Shown: positions 1 to 12,963 of the stretch, piece after piece
Layout of the letters: each line of letters begins with the position of its first letter
Numbering within the stretch: position 1 is the stretch's first letter
From: Fidelibacterota bacterium
GTDB lineage: Bacteria; Fidelibacterota; Marinisomatia; SCGC-AAA003-L08; JACNLC01
Assembly (NCBI GenBank): GCA_024277615.1
Contig: JAJRUW010000068.1
Span: 6,047-70,046, forward strand
Length of the DNA stretch: 64,000 bases
Direction of reading: 5' to 3'
Notes under the pieces: generated by a model
Database searches by the model: none
Told to the model about the DNA's origin: nothing
The model's input: only the letters and a program-made list of their open reading frames with translations
Program-made: the position numbers and the translations under genes

Positions 1-2043
1 AATACCAGTGATTATGTAGTTGCCGGGTTCCAGTTTAATGTCAGTGGACTGACACTTACAGGGGCTTATGGCGGAACTGCCGAACAGTACGGGTTTAATG
101 TTACGACAACCCCTGTTGGCGGCGTTCTGGGTTTCATTTTTGGAACTGACTATATACCGCAGGGCAATGAACTGCTTACAATCCTGACTTTCGATACTTT
201 TACCGACAATCTGTCTTGTCTTAGTGAAGCTGTAGTCTCAGCGCCTCCCGGTCAGGGCGAAATCTCCGTGATGTATGGTGACTGTTATACCTGGACCATC
301 TTTGGTTGTACAGATTCACAGGCTTGTAATTATGATCCGCTTGCCACCGACGATGATGGAAGCTGTCTGAGCAATGATTGTGCAGGTGAATGCGGTGGTA
401 CCCAAATCAATGATGAATTTGGCGGATGCTGCTATGCTGAAGAGATTGATGACTGCGGTGTTTGTCTGGGGGGCAACGCTGATATGGATTGTCTCGGAGA
501 ATGCTTCGGATCCCATATCACAGATGACTTTGGAGGCTGTTGCCTTGCCGGAGAAATTGATGACTGCGGTGTCTGCCTCGGAGGTGACGCTGACATGGAT
601 TGTAACGGTGACTGTTTTGGTGAGGCCTTTGAGAATGAATGCGGATGTGTTGGAGGTCTGACGGGGAATGAACCTGATTATTGTTATGGTTGCATCAGTG
701 AAAATTATTGTAATTATGATCCGGATGCGACTCTTGACGATGGCAGTTGTGATGACAGTTGCTGGGGCTGCATGGAAGCCGATGCTTTGAATTATGATCC
801 GGATGCTACAATGGCCTGTGATGGCTATGACGGCATAACCTGTTGTGAATTTGAAGTGGATGTACCGGTGCTGGAGGGCTGGACCTGGTTCTCCCTGAAT
901 CTTATATCCGATGATATGACGCTGAATAATGTGCTTTCCTCTCTCACCGGGAGTGCGAACCTCATCAAGGATCAATTTAGTTTTTCGCAGTACTATCCTG
1001 ACTTTGGCTGGTTCCCCAACTGGGAAATTGACCCCACCAAGATGTACATGATCAATATGGACCTGGAAGACGGGATCAATTTCACCGGTAATCCGGTTGA
1101 GATTCAACCCTTCCCGGTTACCCAGGGTTGGAACTGGATCGGCTATCTGCCTCAGGTGGCCATGGATGTACCCACAGCTCTGGCATCTTTGGACGACAAT
1201 GGCGGACAGTTGAAAACACAGTATGAAGGTTTCATGGATTACTATCCGGAAACCGGCTGGTTTGATGCTTCAGCCTTCATGATGGAACCCTTAAAGGGAT
1301 ACCAACTCTATATGAACCAGGCAGATGAACTGTTCTATCCTGATTACGGAGGCAGCGTACTGGTATCAAATCATAATCATAAGGCCCAGGATATCTCGCT
1401 TGCTAAACAGTTGACGGGCTGGGAAGTAGATCCCAACGCTTTCGAATATTCCGCATCAGTTGTTGCAACTGTGACCATCGAGGGTGCATCAGCCGGTGCG
1501 GAAGGAGATATGTTAGCGGCCTTTGTTGGAGATGAATGTCGGGGACTTACCTATGGTTCATATTTTGATCCGGCCGGCAAAGTTGTCTTCATGCTATTGG
1601 TTTACAGTAACGCTCCCGAAGGAGAACAGATAAACTTCCGCTTTGTCGATACTGCTGCAGATAAGATCTATGAATATCATGAATCGATAAATTTCATCGC
1701 AGACAACAGTATCGGCAGTGCTTATGACGCCCTGGAATTAAGTCAATATACGCTGCTTGAGGATGCGGACCTTTTACCGGCTGTCTATGCTTTGGATCCT
1801 GTGTATCCGAATCCGTTTAACCCGATAGCGACGATTGATTATTCCATCGAAAAACCCGGGATGGTGAAAGTTGTGATCTATGATATGCAGGGACGTGTTG
1901 TGGAAATTCTCGAAAATCAGTGGAAAGACGCCGGTCATTACAAACTGAACTGGGATGCCCGCAATCAGTCCAGTGGCATGTATATGGTGCAACTTACGTC
2001 CGGTGATTTTGAGCAGAACCGGAAACTTGTCTTAATGAAATAG
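1..2043 (+). CDS. Secreted modular Cys/Asp-rich protein with T9SS (Por_Secre_tail-type) C-terminal sorting domain; 5' end cut by window edge
   Basis: Frame 1 is open from nt 1 (NTSDYVVAGFQFNVSG...) into the ORF-track ORF 268..2043. It has three CNYDPxATxDDGSC-like motifs and two tandem 37-aa DDCGVCLGGxADMDCxGxCFG units. The C-terminus (YPNPFNPIATIDYSI...VVIYDMQGRVV...SGMYMVQLTSG...KLVLMK) fits the T9SS type-A CTD pattern. Confidence 0.8.
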   Translation, partial: NTSDYVVAGFQFNVSGLTLTGAYGGTAEQYGFNVTTTPVGGVLGFIFGTDYIPQGNELLTILTFDTFTDNLSCLSEAVVSAPPGQGEISVMYGDCYTWTIFGCTDSQACNYDPLATDDDGSCLSNDCAGECGGTQINDEFGGCCYAEEIDDCGVCLGGNADMDCLGECFGSHITDDFGGCCLAGEIDDCGVCLGGDADMDCNGDCFGEAFENECGCVGGLTGNEPDYCYGCISENYCNYDPDATLDDGSCDDSCWGCMEADALNYDPDATMACDGYDGITCCEFEVDVPVLEGWTWFSLNLISDDMTLNNVLSSLTGSANLIKDQFSFSQYYPDFGWFPNWEIDPTKMYMINMDLEDGINFTGNPVEIQPFPVTQGWNWIGYLPQVAMDVPTALASLDDNGGQLKTQYEGFMDYYPETGWFDASAFMMEPLKGYQLYMNQADELFYPDYGGSVLVSNHNHKAQDISLAKQLTGWEVDPNAFEYSASVVATVTIEGASAGAEGDMLAAFVGDECRGLTYGSYFDPAGKVVFMLLVYSNAPEGEQINFRFVDTAADKIYEYHESINFIADNSIGSAYDALELSQYTLLEDADLLPAVYALDPVYPNPFNPIATIDYSIEKPGMVKVVIYDMQGRVVEILENQWKDAGHYKLNWDARNQSSGMYMVQLTSGDFEQNRKLVLMK

Positions 2044-2067
2044 GATAGCATATTTCTGACAATTAAT

Positions 2068-2112
2068 GGCTGCAGCGGGATCTGAAAGGTTCTGTTGTAG
2101 CCGCTTTTTTAT
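2068..2112 (+). terminator. Rho-independent terminator after the T9SS cargo gene
   Basis: GGCUGCAGC (2068..2076) pairs with GUUGUAGCC (2094..2102), including G-U pairs. The stem is followed by GCTTTTTTATT. Confidence 0.55.
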
Positions 2113-2215
2113 TAGTTGAGCAGGCTGATTGAAATTGATTTGAACAGATACTGTAAAGCGATTAACTTTCGCGACTAAAATTAGCGTAAATCTTCAAAAT
2201 TGAGAGATAGAATTA

Positions 2216-2470
2216 ATGAGCGTAAATAAATCAGTTCAAAAACGAATCCGGCAAGCTGCAAAATCAAATCTGCGGAACCGGCACTACCGTTCAAAAATGA
2301 AAACAGCAATTAAAAAGGTGACTTCCTCCACAACCAGGGAAGAAGCATTACCTGTGTTGAATGAAGCTGTTTCCATCATTGACCAGGTTGCACGCAAGGG
2401 AATTATCCATAAGAATAATGCCGGCAATCAAAAGTCAAGGTTGATGAACTTCGTGAACAAATTGCAATAA
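2216..2470 (+). CDS. rpsT: 30S ribosomal protein S20
   Basis: 84 aa and basic. MSVNKSVQKRIRQAAKSNLRNRHYRSKMKTAIKK and the C-terminal KGIIHKNNAGNQKSRL are typical of S20. Confidence 0.95.
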   Translation: MSVNKSVQKRIRQAAKSNLRNRHYRSKMKTAIKKVTSSTTREEALPVLNEAVSIIDQVARKGIIHKNNAGNQKSRLMNFVNKLQ

Positions 2471-2493
2471 CGTTGCAGTTGAATTTAGTAAAA

Positions 2494-2522
2494 GGGGCTG
2501 TTTAACAGCCCCTTTTTATTTT
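2494..2522. terminator. Bidirectional rho-independent terminator between convergent rpsT and guaB
   Basis: GGGGCTG (2494..2500), loop TTTAA, CAGCCCC (2506..2512). The hairpin is flanked by an A-run upstream and a T-run downstream, so a U-tail exists in both orientations. Confidence 0.8.
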
Positions 2523-2591
2523 TATATCTGAATTATTGTTACCGGCACTACACTGCATCAAGAGCTGTCATTCGGTGCGGGTAACTGCCGG

Positions 2592-5562
<2,971 letters not shown>

Positions 5563-5629
5563 ATAAACTCCAAACGATAGATTTGCTTCATTAAATTACC
5601 TCAAATATATTGTTATCACGAAATATCAA

Positions 5630-8452
5630 TCAGAAAATTTCTTCAGATTCCAGCAGTACTTTATCAAAGCGTTGATAGGGAATGGGTTCAACCGGGAACG
5701 AGTCTAATATCACCGACCCGTAGCGCGCATTAAGCAGCCGCGGATCAGTAAAAATACAGACTCCCGTATCCTCCATACTGCGGATGAGCCGTCCGAAACC
5801 CTGTTTCATCCTGACGGTTGCATCCGGCACCGAATAATCCATGAAAGCATTCTTTCCCTCACGCTGAAAATTTTGAATTTTTGCAATTACCATAGGTTCC
5901 CTGGGGTTGGCGAAAGGAATTTTAACGATCATCAATGCTTCAACTTTATCGCCCGGCAGATCTACGCCTTCCCAGAAGCTGGCTGTGCCGATGAGTATTG
6001 CTCTGGAATGGGCCAGATAACCCCTGATTAATGCCAGACGATTGCTCCCCGGGACCTGAACAAATAGCCGGCGTTCACTCATATGCAGGGATGCCTGCAG
6101 AAAATCCTTCAGAGCCCTGGTTTGCTGATAGGAAGTGCATAAAACCAGCATCCGTTTGTGAAATTTGAGAGTGAAACGATCGATCTGCGCGGCCACTGCT
6201 TTCAGATAGTCCTGGCTGTTGATATTCAGGTCTGAAGAAAAAGTAAACAGTTTCATCTGGTCCTGATAGAGAAAGGGGGAATAATAGATTTCTTCACTGA
6301 TTTCCCGTTCCGGGGGGAGGTGATGCAAGCCGATAGTGTCGGACAGATATTTAAAACTGTAATCAACGGTTAGAGTGGCAGAGCAGACAAGACCGCCGGC
6401 CTCTCTGGAAAAAATACCCTCGGCAATGAATTGGCTCACGTCCCGCGGCGCACAGCTGAAGTTTGCATAAGTACGATTCCCATAGGTCGTAAAGGAAGAC
6501 CAGACTATATCTTCTCTGTCAACAGCCAGTACCCGGTCAAAAACGGTAAGTGTGGTCTGTAGTGAATTTGCAAGGATTTTCAGTTCCTGCACATACTCAC
6601 TTTTTTTCCCTGCAGGGATATTCCGGGCTGTACTGATAAATTCGCCCACCAAAGTATTGAAACCTTTCAGGGCTGTTGAAAGTTCTTCCGGAGGCGGTTG
6701 AATTCCCGCAAATTCATTTCCAGGATCATCAATGACATGGGTCACCTCGTATCTTGGGTTTTGTACAGTGGTTGCTCCCTTCTTTTGCTTGCTATAGGCA
6801 GTAAAAAAGGATCGCAGGGCAGTCTGCAGCTGTGTGACTTTATCCGACAATTCATTCTACAGGGAAGTCAATCTTTCGCTCTCTGAAAGCAGTGCTGTTA
6901 GTTTATCTCCAATCACGACCTGCTGGTCTGAAAAAAATGCGAAAATATCATCAAAAGAACGTTCGCCTACCCGGTTGATCAATTGATCACGGGCCGCCCT
7001 TTCGAGATTATGTCCTTCATCAATAACATAGCAGAATGTGGGTGGGAGGGTCATATTCCCCTGTATTGTATCACTCATAAGCAAAGCGTGGTTTACCACT
7101 ATGATATCGGCCTGCCCCAATGCATCCCTGACTTTACGCAGGAAACAACCCTCCTGCCGGTCACAGCGGGAACTGGTACAATATCCCGACTCACTGCGAA
7201 TTTTCGACCATAACCTGCCCGAACGTTGCAGCATAAAACCATTGCATTCACTCACATCTCCGGATTTTGTAAATTCCACCCAAACCAAGATTGGCAGGAT
7301 GTCCTCGCAGTCCTTTTCAGAGAGTACCCTGGCGCTGTTTTGAAGCAGTCTGTTCAGGCGTGTTTTACATAGATAATTATGGCGCCCTTTCAAAAGAATG
7401 GCATAAGTGTCAATATCTACAGCCGTGGATAAGGCGGGCAGGTCTTTATAGAATAATTGATCCTGCAGATTCTTTGTGTAAGTCGAAACGACCAAAGGAA
7501 TATCCGTATGTTTGCGATTCAGGAGTCCGGCCGAAAGATAGGCCAGGGATTTCCCCAGTCCCGTTCCGGCTTCGGCAAGATGAATTTGTCCGTTATTGAA
7601 AGTATTGTATGCATCGACGGCAAATTCGGTCTGGGCTTTACGGGATTCATAATCTTTCCAGTTTGACGGAATGACACCTCCTTCGCCAAACCATTCGTTT
7701 ATGGATTTTTCAACATTTACATTGGCCGAACCTGATTCATGACGGTAATAGAAATTTTTAATTTTTTTCTCGATATTTGAAGGAACCAATCCGTTGACTT
7801 CCTTCGCCCGTACAGCCAGGTTGATGATGTCTTTTAGCAGGGCCAGCCCGTGCAGGCGTGTATGCTTGACGGCGTCATAGAGTTTTTGAATGATATGAAG
7901 CGGATAGGAGGCAGCCTCGTGGATCAGATCCACGAAGATCAATCCGGTATTCTTCGTATCTGCCCCAGCCCGGTGTGCGCCTGCAGAAGAATAACCGAAA
8001 TACTCACTAATACCGCCAAGGTTGAATTCGTGATGAAAAAACAGGAAAGTTCTTGCCAGGATCAGCGTATCGTAGATTTCGTTCTGGATACTTGTAAATT
8101 GATTATTTTCCAAATCCTGCTCCAGAAATGAAAGGTCAAATTTGATCATGTGCCCCACAAGCGGCAACGAACCTATGAAATCCATCAGAGGCTGCAATAC
8201 TTCATCGATGGTAGGAGACGATTTCACCATTTCATCCGTGATTCCCGTCAATTCGATAATTTCAGTAGGGATCTTTTGTTGAGGGTTGACGAGGGTAGTG
8301 AACTCCTCAACAGGTAAACCCTGCTCAAAGCGATAAGCGGATATTTCTGTTATTGCATCTTTACCAGGAGTCAAACCGGTGGTCTCGAGGTCCAGGGCAA
8401 TGAAGCGGTTCAGTTGCAGGGCGTCCAGTAGTTCGGAGATTTTCAAGTTCAA
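5630..8452 (-). pseudogene. dinG: DinG-family protein (DnaQ-like 3'-5' exonuclease domain + superfamily-2 helicase) interrupted by one in-frame TAG at 6857..6859
   Basis: The N-terminal ORF 6857..8452 has the exonuclease motif FIALDLETTGL, Walker A AEAGTGLGKSLAY and box II VIDEGHNLE. ORF 5630..6850 has the helicase C-terminal domain (GTASFWEGVDLPG, KQGFGRLIR). Both ORFs are in the same reading frame, separated by TAG-AAT-GAA. Confidence 0.85.
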
Positions 8453-9630
8453 ATCCCGGCAAATACTTTGATGACATCAACGATCAGGGAAGGTTTTTTG
8501 AATACACAGGCCTTGAAAATTCGAGTAAGTGTACGTTCATTTTCAGGTATCCGGCTTACTTCGTGCGCAATATTATTGAGCTCATCATCAGTGAGATTGA
8601 TGATCGTGTTTTTCATACGGTAAAAGCGGTTATGTGTATCCCCGAAATCCTTACGGATTTTTTGAACATAGGTCTGCAGGAATTTTACGGAGCAGTCACC
8701 GGTGTTGACAGCCCTGGCGGCTACTTGTCCCCCGATCCAGCCGGCTTTCATTCCTGAAATGATACCGCCGCCGGTCATGGCATTCACATGGTGGGCGGCA
8801 TCCCCGACCAGCAGTATTCCGTCAGCCACGGGTTTTTCCATCGGTTTAGCGCAGGGTACTCCGCCGCACATGGTGGTGAGAATAGAGGCCCCGGGATATT
8901 CACGCTGCAGGAATTCATCCAGATATCTTTTTGGGGATTTTTCTTTTGCAAGATGTCCGGCAACCCCAAGACCTATATTTGCACTGCGTTCACCCTTGGG
9001 AAAAACCCAAAGATAGCCTCCTGGTGCATAGCGCCGGCCGACATAAAAGACAATTCTATTGATGTCCAGATCAATATTTGCAACGGAATACTGGACGCAG
9101 GTCTCAATATCTTTCATTTTAACCTGTGTCCGGATACCGGCCCAGCGACCGACGCGGGATTCCACACCGTCCGCCCCGATAACTATTTTTGCCCTGATAC
9201 TGCGCGGTTCCCCGAGATACTCGAGGGTGACACCCCTGACAGCACCATCTTCAATAATTAACCCGTTCACATAGGATTTTGTATAGATCTCCGCCCCGGC
9301 GTTGGCAGCATCCTGCGCCAGGTCGTAATCGAAGAGCCGGCGGTGCAGGACGTATCCTTTCTGGTTCGTAAATTTTGCTTTAATGCGGGTCTCATCCGGC
9401 GCCACCAGACCAAAATGAGTGATGGAAGCTGCGATCCAGGAATCTTTGATTTCGACAAACTGCTTTAAACCCAGCTCCCCGACGGCTTCACCACAGCGCA
9501 CGGGATACCCGATGTCCCGATCTTTTTCCAAAAGGCAGACTGATGCACCGTTTACCGCGGCCATCTTTGCCGCCATGGAACCGCTGGGACCGCCGCCTAC
9601 AACGATGACATCATAACTATTTTTCATCAT
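8449..9630 (-). CDS. Geranylgeranyl reductase family FAD-dependent oxidoreductase
   Basis: It has YDVIVVGGGPSGSMAA (FAD Rossmann fold), PGGYLWVFPKG and LVGDAAHHVNAMTGGGI. I moved the start to ATG 9630/9627 (MMKNSYDV) because the longer ORF-track N-terminus overlaps the ferredoxin gene. The stop overlaps the dinG start (ATGA). Confidence 0.85.
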   Translation of the reverse strand: MMKNSYDVIVVGGGPSGSMAAKMAAVNGASVCLLEKDRDIGYPVRCGEAVGELGLKQFVEIKDSWIAASITHFGLVAPDETRIKAKFTNQKGYVLHRRLFDYDLAQDAANAGAEIYTKSYVNGLIIEDGAVRGVTLEYLGEPRSIRAKIVIGADGVESRVGRWAGIRTQVKMKDIETCVQYSVANIDLDINRIVFYVGRRYAPGGYLWVFPKGERSANIGLGVAGHLAKEKSPKRYLDEFLQREYPGASILTTMCGGVPCAKPMEKPVADGILLVGDAAHHVNAMTGGGIISGMKAGWIGGQVAARAVNTGDCSVKFLQTYVQKIRKDFGDTHNRFYRMKNTIINLTDDELNNIAHEVSRIPENERTLTRIFKACVFKKPSLIVDVIKVFAGI

Positions 9631-9796
9631 CCGACTCCAGAACTTCAATTGGACAGATTTCAACGCAGAGATCACAGTCGATACAAACTTTCGCATCAAT
9701 TGAAATAGCGGCTTCTTTCAATTCAATACAATCCACGGGACAGACTGCCACGCAGGTTCCACAGAAGTCACACCTGTTTTCTCTGATGCTAATCAT
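9617..9796 (-). CDS. 2x[4Fe-4S] dicluster ferredoxin (59 aa)
   Basis: It has two CxxCxxCxxxCP motifs (CDFCGTCVAVCP and CIDCDLCVEICP). I chose the start at ATG 9796 (MISIRENR), which overlaps the UbiA stop (TAG 9789..9791). Confidence 0.8.
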   Translation of the reverse strand: MISIRENRCDFCGTCVAVCPVDCIELKEAAISIDAKVCIDCDLCVEICPIEVLESDDEK

Positions 9797-10793
9797 TATC
9801 CACCACAAAAGTCGGGTAGTGCAGGTCAAAGCGATGCCAATAATAGTATTTTGACAGATAGAATACAACGAAGACTGCCGGAAACAGCAGCGGATAAATT
9901 GACATCACGAAAACCGCCAGGATCAGTATGGAATAGCGAATGGCCCGGAGCACGTCTTTGGTTTGATTCCGAATGAGTGTAACTGCATAGAACGGCAGCG
10001 ATACCAGGGCTGCTGTGGAACTGACCGGATCCGCAAGTTTATACCCCAACAAAAAGGCTGCCAGTACAAAAAGAGTTCCTATCAGGATCGTAGTCCGCTG
10101 ACCAAAGCGGACGGGGAATGTTTTGGCTCCGGTTTCCACATCACCTTTCAGATCGGGGATTGTAGTCAGCATGGAGGTTGCAGTGAAACAGAGCAGATAG
10201 GGGACGGCAACGAGCAGCATTTTCCAGCTGACGGCTCCCGCGAGGCCGGCACCTGTGGAGTGATAAACCTGTACCCAGCCCGAGCAGTAGATGATCAGGC
10301 CGGCCAGTGAATTTGTGAGCATGCCCAGGACCGGCTTTTTCTTAAAATGAAACGGTTCCAGGTTGTACAGAACCCCCCAGAAGAAATACAGCAAAAACCC
10401 CAACAACAGGGCAGACCAGCCCGGAATTACCAGCACAACCACGCCGATGGTGCCAAACCAAATCATTAGTTTACGAGCCTGTTCCGTCGAGATGATATTG
10501 CCTACCAGGAATAATTTTTTATTCAGACTGTCACTTTTTACATCCTTGATCTGATTCAGGATGAAAGTACTGCCTGATATCAATGTCACACCTATGAACA
10601 GAAATATCGTCGGGAAATCGTAGTTGACAATCCAAACCTGGTAACGGTCAATATTCATTCTGGCAGCTGCCATGCCTACGGTGAGCATTACCCAAACGGG
10701 GAAAAACAGTGTAGGCCGGAGTAAAAATAAACGGTCGAAGAGCGGTACTATTTTTTTGTGTACGGGATGATCCCGGAAAAACTTTTTAATCAT
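9789..10793 (-). CDS. UbiA-family integral-membrane prenyltransferase
   Basis: 334 aa with about 8-9 hydrophobic segments. The first Asp-rich motif is NQIKDVKSD (NxxxDxxxD) and the second is DLKGD (DxxxD). The start overlaps the purF stop by 8 nt. Confidence 0.8.
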   Translation of the reverse strand: MIKKFFRDHPVHKKIVPLFDRLFLLRPTLFFPVWVMLTVGMAAARMNIDRYQVWIVNYDFPTIFLFIGVTLISGSTFILNQIKDVKSDSLNKKLFLVGNIISTEQARKLMIWFGTIGVVVLVIPGWSALLLGFLLYFFWGVLYNLEPFHFKKKPVLGMLTNSLAGLIIYCSGWVQVYHSTGAGLAGAVSWKMLLVAVPYLLCFTATSMLTTIPDLKGDVETGAKTFPVRFGQRTTILIGTLFVLAAFLLGYKLADPVSSTAALVSLPFYAVTLIRNQTKDVLRAIRYSILILAVFVMSIYPLLFPAVFVVFYLSKYYYWHRFDLHYPTFVVDND

Positions 10794-12144
10794 GATTTCC
10801 TTTCGAAGTAACAGGATAATTTCCTGAAAAACAAGCCGTGCAGAAATGTTCTTTTTCTTCTCCCGTGGCTTTCAGCATTCCGTCAATGGATAAATAACCC
10901 AGGGAATCGACGTCAATGATGGTCTGCATTTCCGCCGCTGAATGCTCTGCGGCGATGAGCTCCGATGCGGTAGGGAAGTCCATCCCGTAAAAACAGGGGT
11001 GGCGCACAGGTGGGGAGCCGATTCGCACATGCACTTTTTTTACTCCCGATTCTCTCAGGAGCCGGGTTAATTTTTTCAGTGTCGTACCCCTGACGATCGA
11101 ATCATCTACTACAACCACCTCACGATCTTTTAGTACACCGCTCACCGTGTTAAATTTGAGTTTAACGGATAGATCCCGCAGCCTTTGTGAAGGAAAGATG
11201 AAAGTTCTGCCCACATAGTGATTCCGTATCAGACCAATCTCGTATTTGAGGTTTGCGCGCCGGGCGTAACCCAGGGCGTTGGTATTGCTGGAATCCGGTA
11301 CGGAGATTACGATGTCAGCTGTGGGTGCAGGCTGCTCATCTGCCAGAACTTTGCTGAATTTGCGTCTGAGTTTATCCACATTTTCATTGAAGATCCGGGA
11401 ATCGGGTCTGGAAAAATAAATGTGCTCAAAGATGCAGTGGCGGGGCTGCGTCTCCCGGAAGATCTGTTTTGTGTGCAGGCCATCCGAATTGATTACCAGC
11501 ATTTCGCCGGGCCGGATGTCCCGGATGTAATCTGCACCCAGCAGGTCGAAGGCACAGGTTTCAGATGCGAGAATATGGGCATCTTTCAGTCTGCCGAGGC
11601 AGAATGGGCGGATACCATGGGGGTCCCTGGCAGCGATTAGTTCGTCAGGCGTGATGACCAGCAGGGAATAAGCCCCGGCGACCTTTTGCAGAGCACGTTC
11701 AAGGCGGTCTGCGACCGATTTACCCTGCTCCCGGGCCAGCAGGTGGATGATGATCTCCGTATCCGTGGAAGTCTGAAAAATTGCGCCCTCTCTCTGCAGG
11801 CGGCGACGCATTTCAACTGCATTCACCAGATTCCCGTTGTGTGCAATGGAGATGGGAATGTCATCTACATCGAACATGAGCGGTCCCACATTTTTCCGGT
11901 CACTTTCGCCGGTAGTGGAGTAGCGCACATGTCCGATGGCGGAATCTCCCTGCAGCCCTTCAAAAACACGGGGTTCGCTGAAAATGTCTGAGACGAGCCC
12001 TTCGCCCATATAGCGAAACAACGCACCGTCATTTGCTGAAACGATCCCGGCGCCTTCCTGTCCCCGGTGCTGCTGGGCATAGAGCCCCATATAGGCCAGT
12101 GTGGAGGCTTCCGAATTATTGTAAATTCCCATGATCCCGCACAT
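10786..12144 (-). CDS. purF: Amidophosphoribosyltransferase
   Basis: It has the MCGIMGIY N-terminal nucleophile Cys, a PRTase motif VVVVDDSIVRGTT and C-terminal cluster cysteines (CTACFSGNYP). Confidence 0.95.
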   Translation of the reverse strand: MCGIMGIYNNSEASTLAYMGLYAQQHRGQEGAGIVSANDGALFRYMGEGLVSDIFSEPRVFEGLQGDSAIGHVRYSTTGESDRKNVGPLMFDVDDIPISIAHNGNLVNAVEMRRRLQREGAIFQTSTDTEIIIHLLAREQGKSVADRLERALQKVAGAYSLLVITPDELIAARDPHGIRPFCLGRLKDAHILASETCAFDLLGADYIRDIRPGEMLVINSDGLHTKQIFRETQPRHCIFEHIYFSRPDSRIFNENVDKLRRKFSKVLADEQPAPTADIVISVPDSSNTNALGYARRANLKYEIGLIRNHYVGRTFIFPSQRLRDLSVKLKFNTVSGVLKDREVVVVDDSIVRGTTLKKLTRLLRESGVKKVHVRIGSPPVRHPCFYGMDFPTASELIAAEHSAAEMQTIIDVDSLGYLSIDGMLKATGEEKEHFCTACFSGNYPVTSKGNHD

Positions 12145-12145
12145 G

Positions 12146-12577
12146 TCAGTTCACGGACCCGTTGGTGTTTCCCTCCTGGGCCTCCTGCGTATCCCCGGTT
12201 TTGGGAGGCGGGGGGATATCTTCGGCTGTTCCATCTTTTGCTTTTGCGGGGAAGGTGGAGAGCTGTGCATCAACATAGGCATCCAGCATGCTGTAGATCA
12301 TCAGGCCGGCAATCCACCAGGCGTAAGTGTTGCGCTTGCCGATGCTGCCGGATCTCTCGTAGCTGTGGAATTGAGAAACGGCATAGGCCTGCCCCAGCGC
12401 CAGAATTGCTGCTTTGACATATTTGCCGTTATAGATTTGCCCCAGTCCCGGCAGAATGCTCAATTTCCAGGCCAGTTTGGGATTTTTTATTTTAGTCGAG
12501 TCGATATAACTCTCCTGGGCAAAAGAAAGCTGTAGCAGCAGGAACAGGACTATAATAATGGGGAAGCTTCTTTTCAT
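12146..12577 (-). CDS. DUF5683-like small membrane/secreted protein
   Basis: It has a signal-like N-terminus MKRSFPIIIVLFLLLQLSFAQ. SILPGLGQIYNGKYVKA and the following hydrophobic segments resemble the DUF5683 family common in Bacteroidota-like genomes. Confidence 0.6.
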   Translation of the reverse strand: MKRSFPIIIVLFLLLQLSFAQESYIDSTKIKNPKLAWKLSILPGLGQIYNGKYVKAAILALGQAYAVSQFHSYERSGSIGKRNTYAWWIAGLMIYSMLDAYVDAQLSTFPAKAKDGTAEDIPPPPKTGDTQEAQEGNTNGSVN

Positions 12578-12954
12578 CTCACCAATCCGACGGCATCAAT
12601 CTCAACATCCACTCCCATAGGCAGTTCGGAAACCTGTACCGTCGATCTCGCCGGCGGGTCATCCTGGAAATATTTTTTGAAAACTTCATTGAGCAGCGGG
12701 AAATTTCCAAGGTCTTTCAGATAAACCGTCAGTTTTAAAATTTGCCCGAGAGAGCTGCCACCCGCTTCGAGAACAGCACTGATGTTTCCGATCACCTGTT
12801 CGACCTGCTGCGTGAAATCGCCTTCAACCGGACTTCCCGTCTTTGGGTCCAAGGGTATCTGGCCCGATGTAAAAACCAATCCGTTTGCAATAACCCCCTG
12901 GGAATAGGTTCCTATGGCTGCAGGGCTTTGGGGTGTATTTATTATTTTTCGCAT
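12574..12954 (-). CDS. ridA: RidA/YjgF family reactive-intermediate deaminase
   Basis: 126 aa with PAAIGTYSQGV, VFTSGQIPLDP and STVQVSELPMGVDVEIDAV. Confidence 0.9.
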   Translation of the reverse strand: MRKIINTPQSPAAIGTYSQGVIANGLVFTSGQIPLDPKTGSPVEGDFTQQVEQVIGNISAVLEAGGSSLGQILKLTVYLKDLGNFPLLNEVFKKYFQDDPPARSTVQVSELPMGVDVEIDAVGLVR

Positions 12955-12963
12955 GTTGACTCC

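Noticed and set aside
6857-6859. The in-frame TAG in dinG as pyrrolysine or a genetic-code change.
   Set aside because: TAG terminates several other well-defined genes in the window, and no pyl genes are present here. A local mutation or error is more parsimonious.
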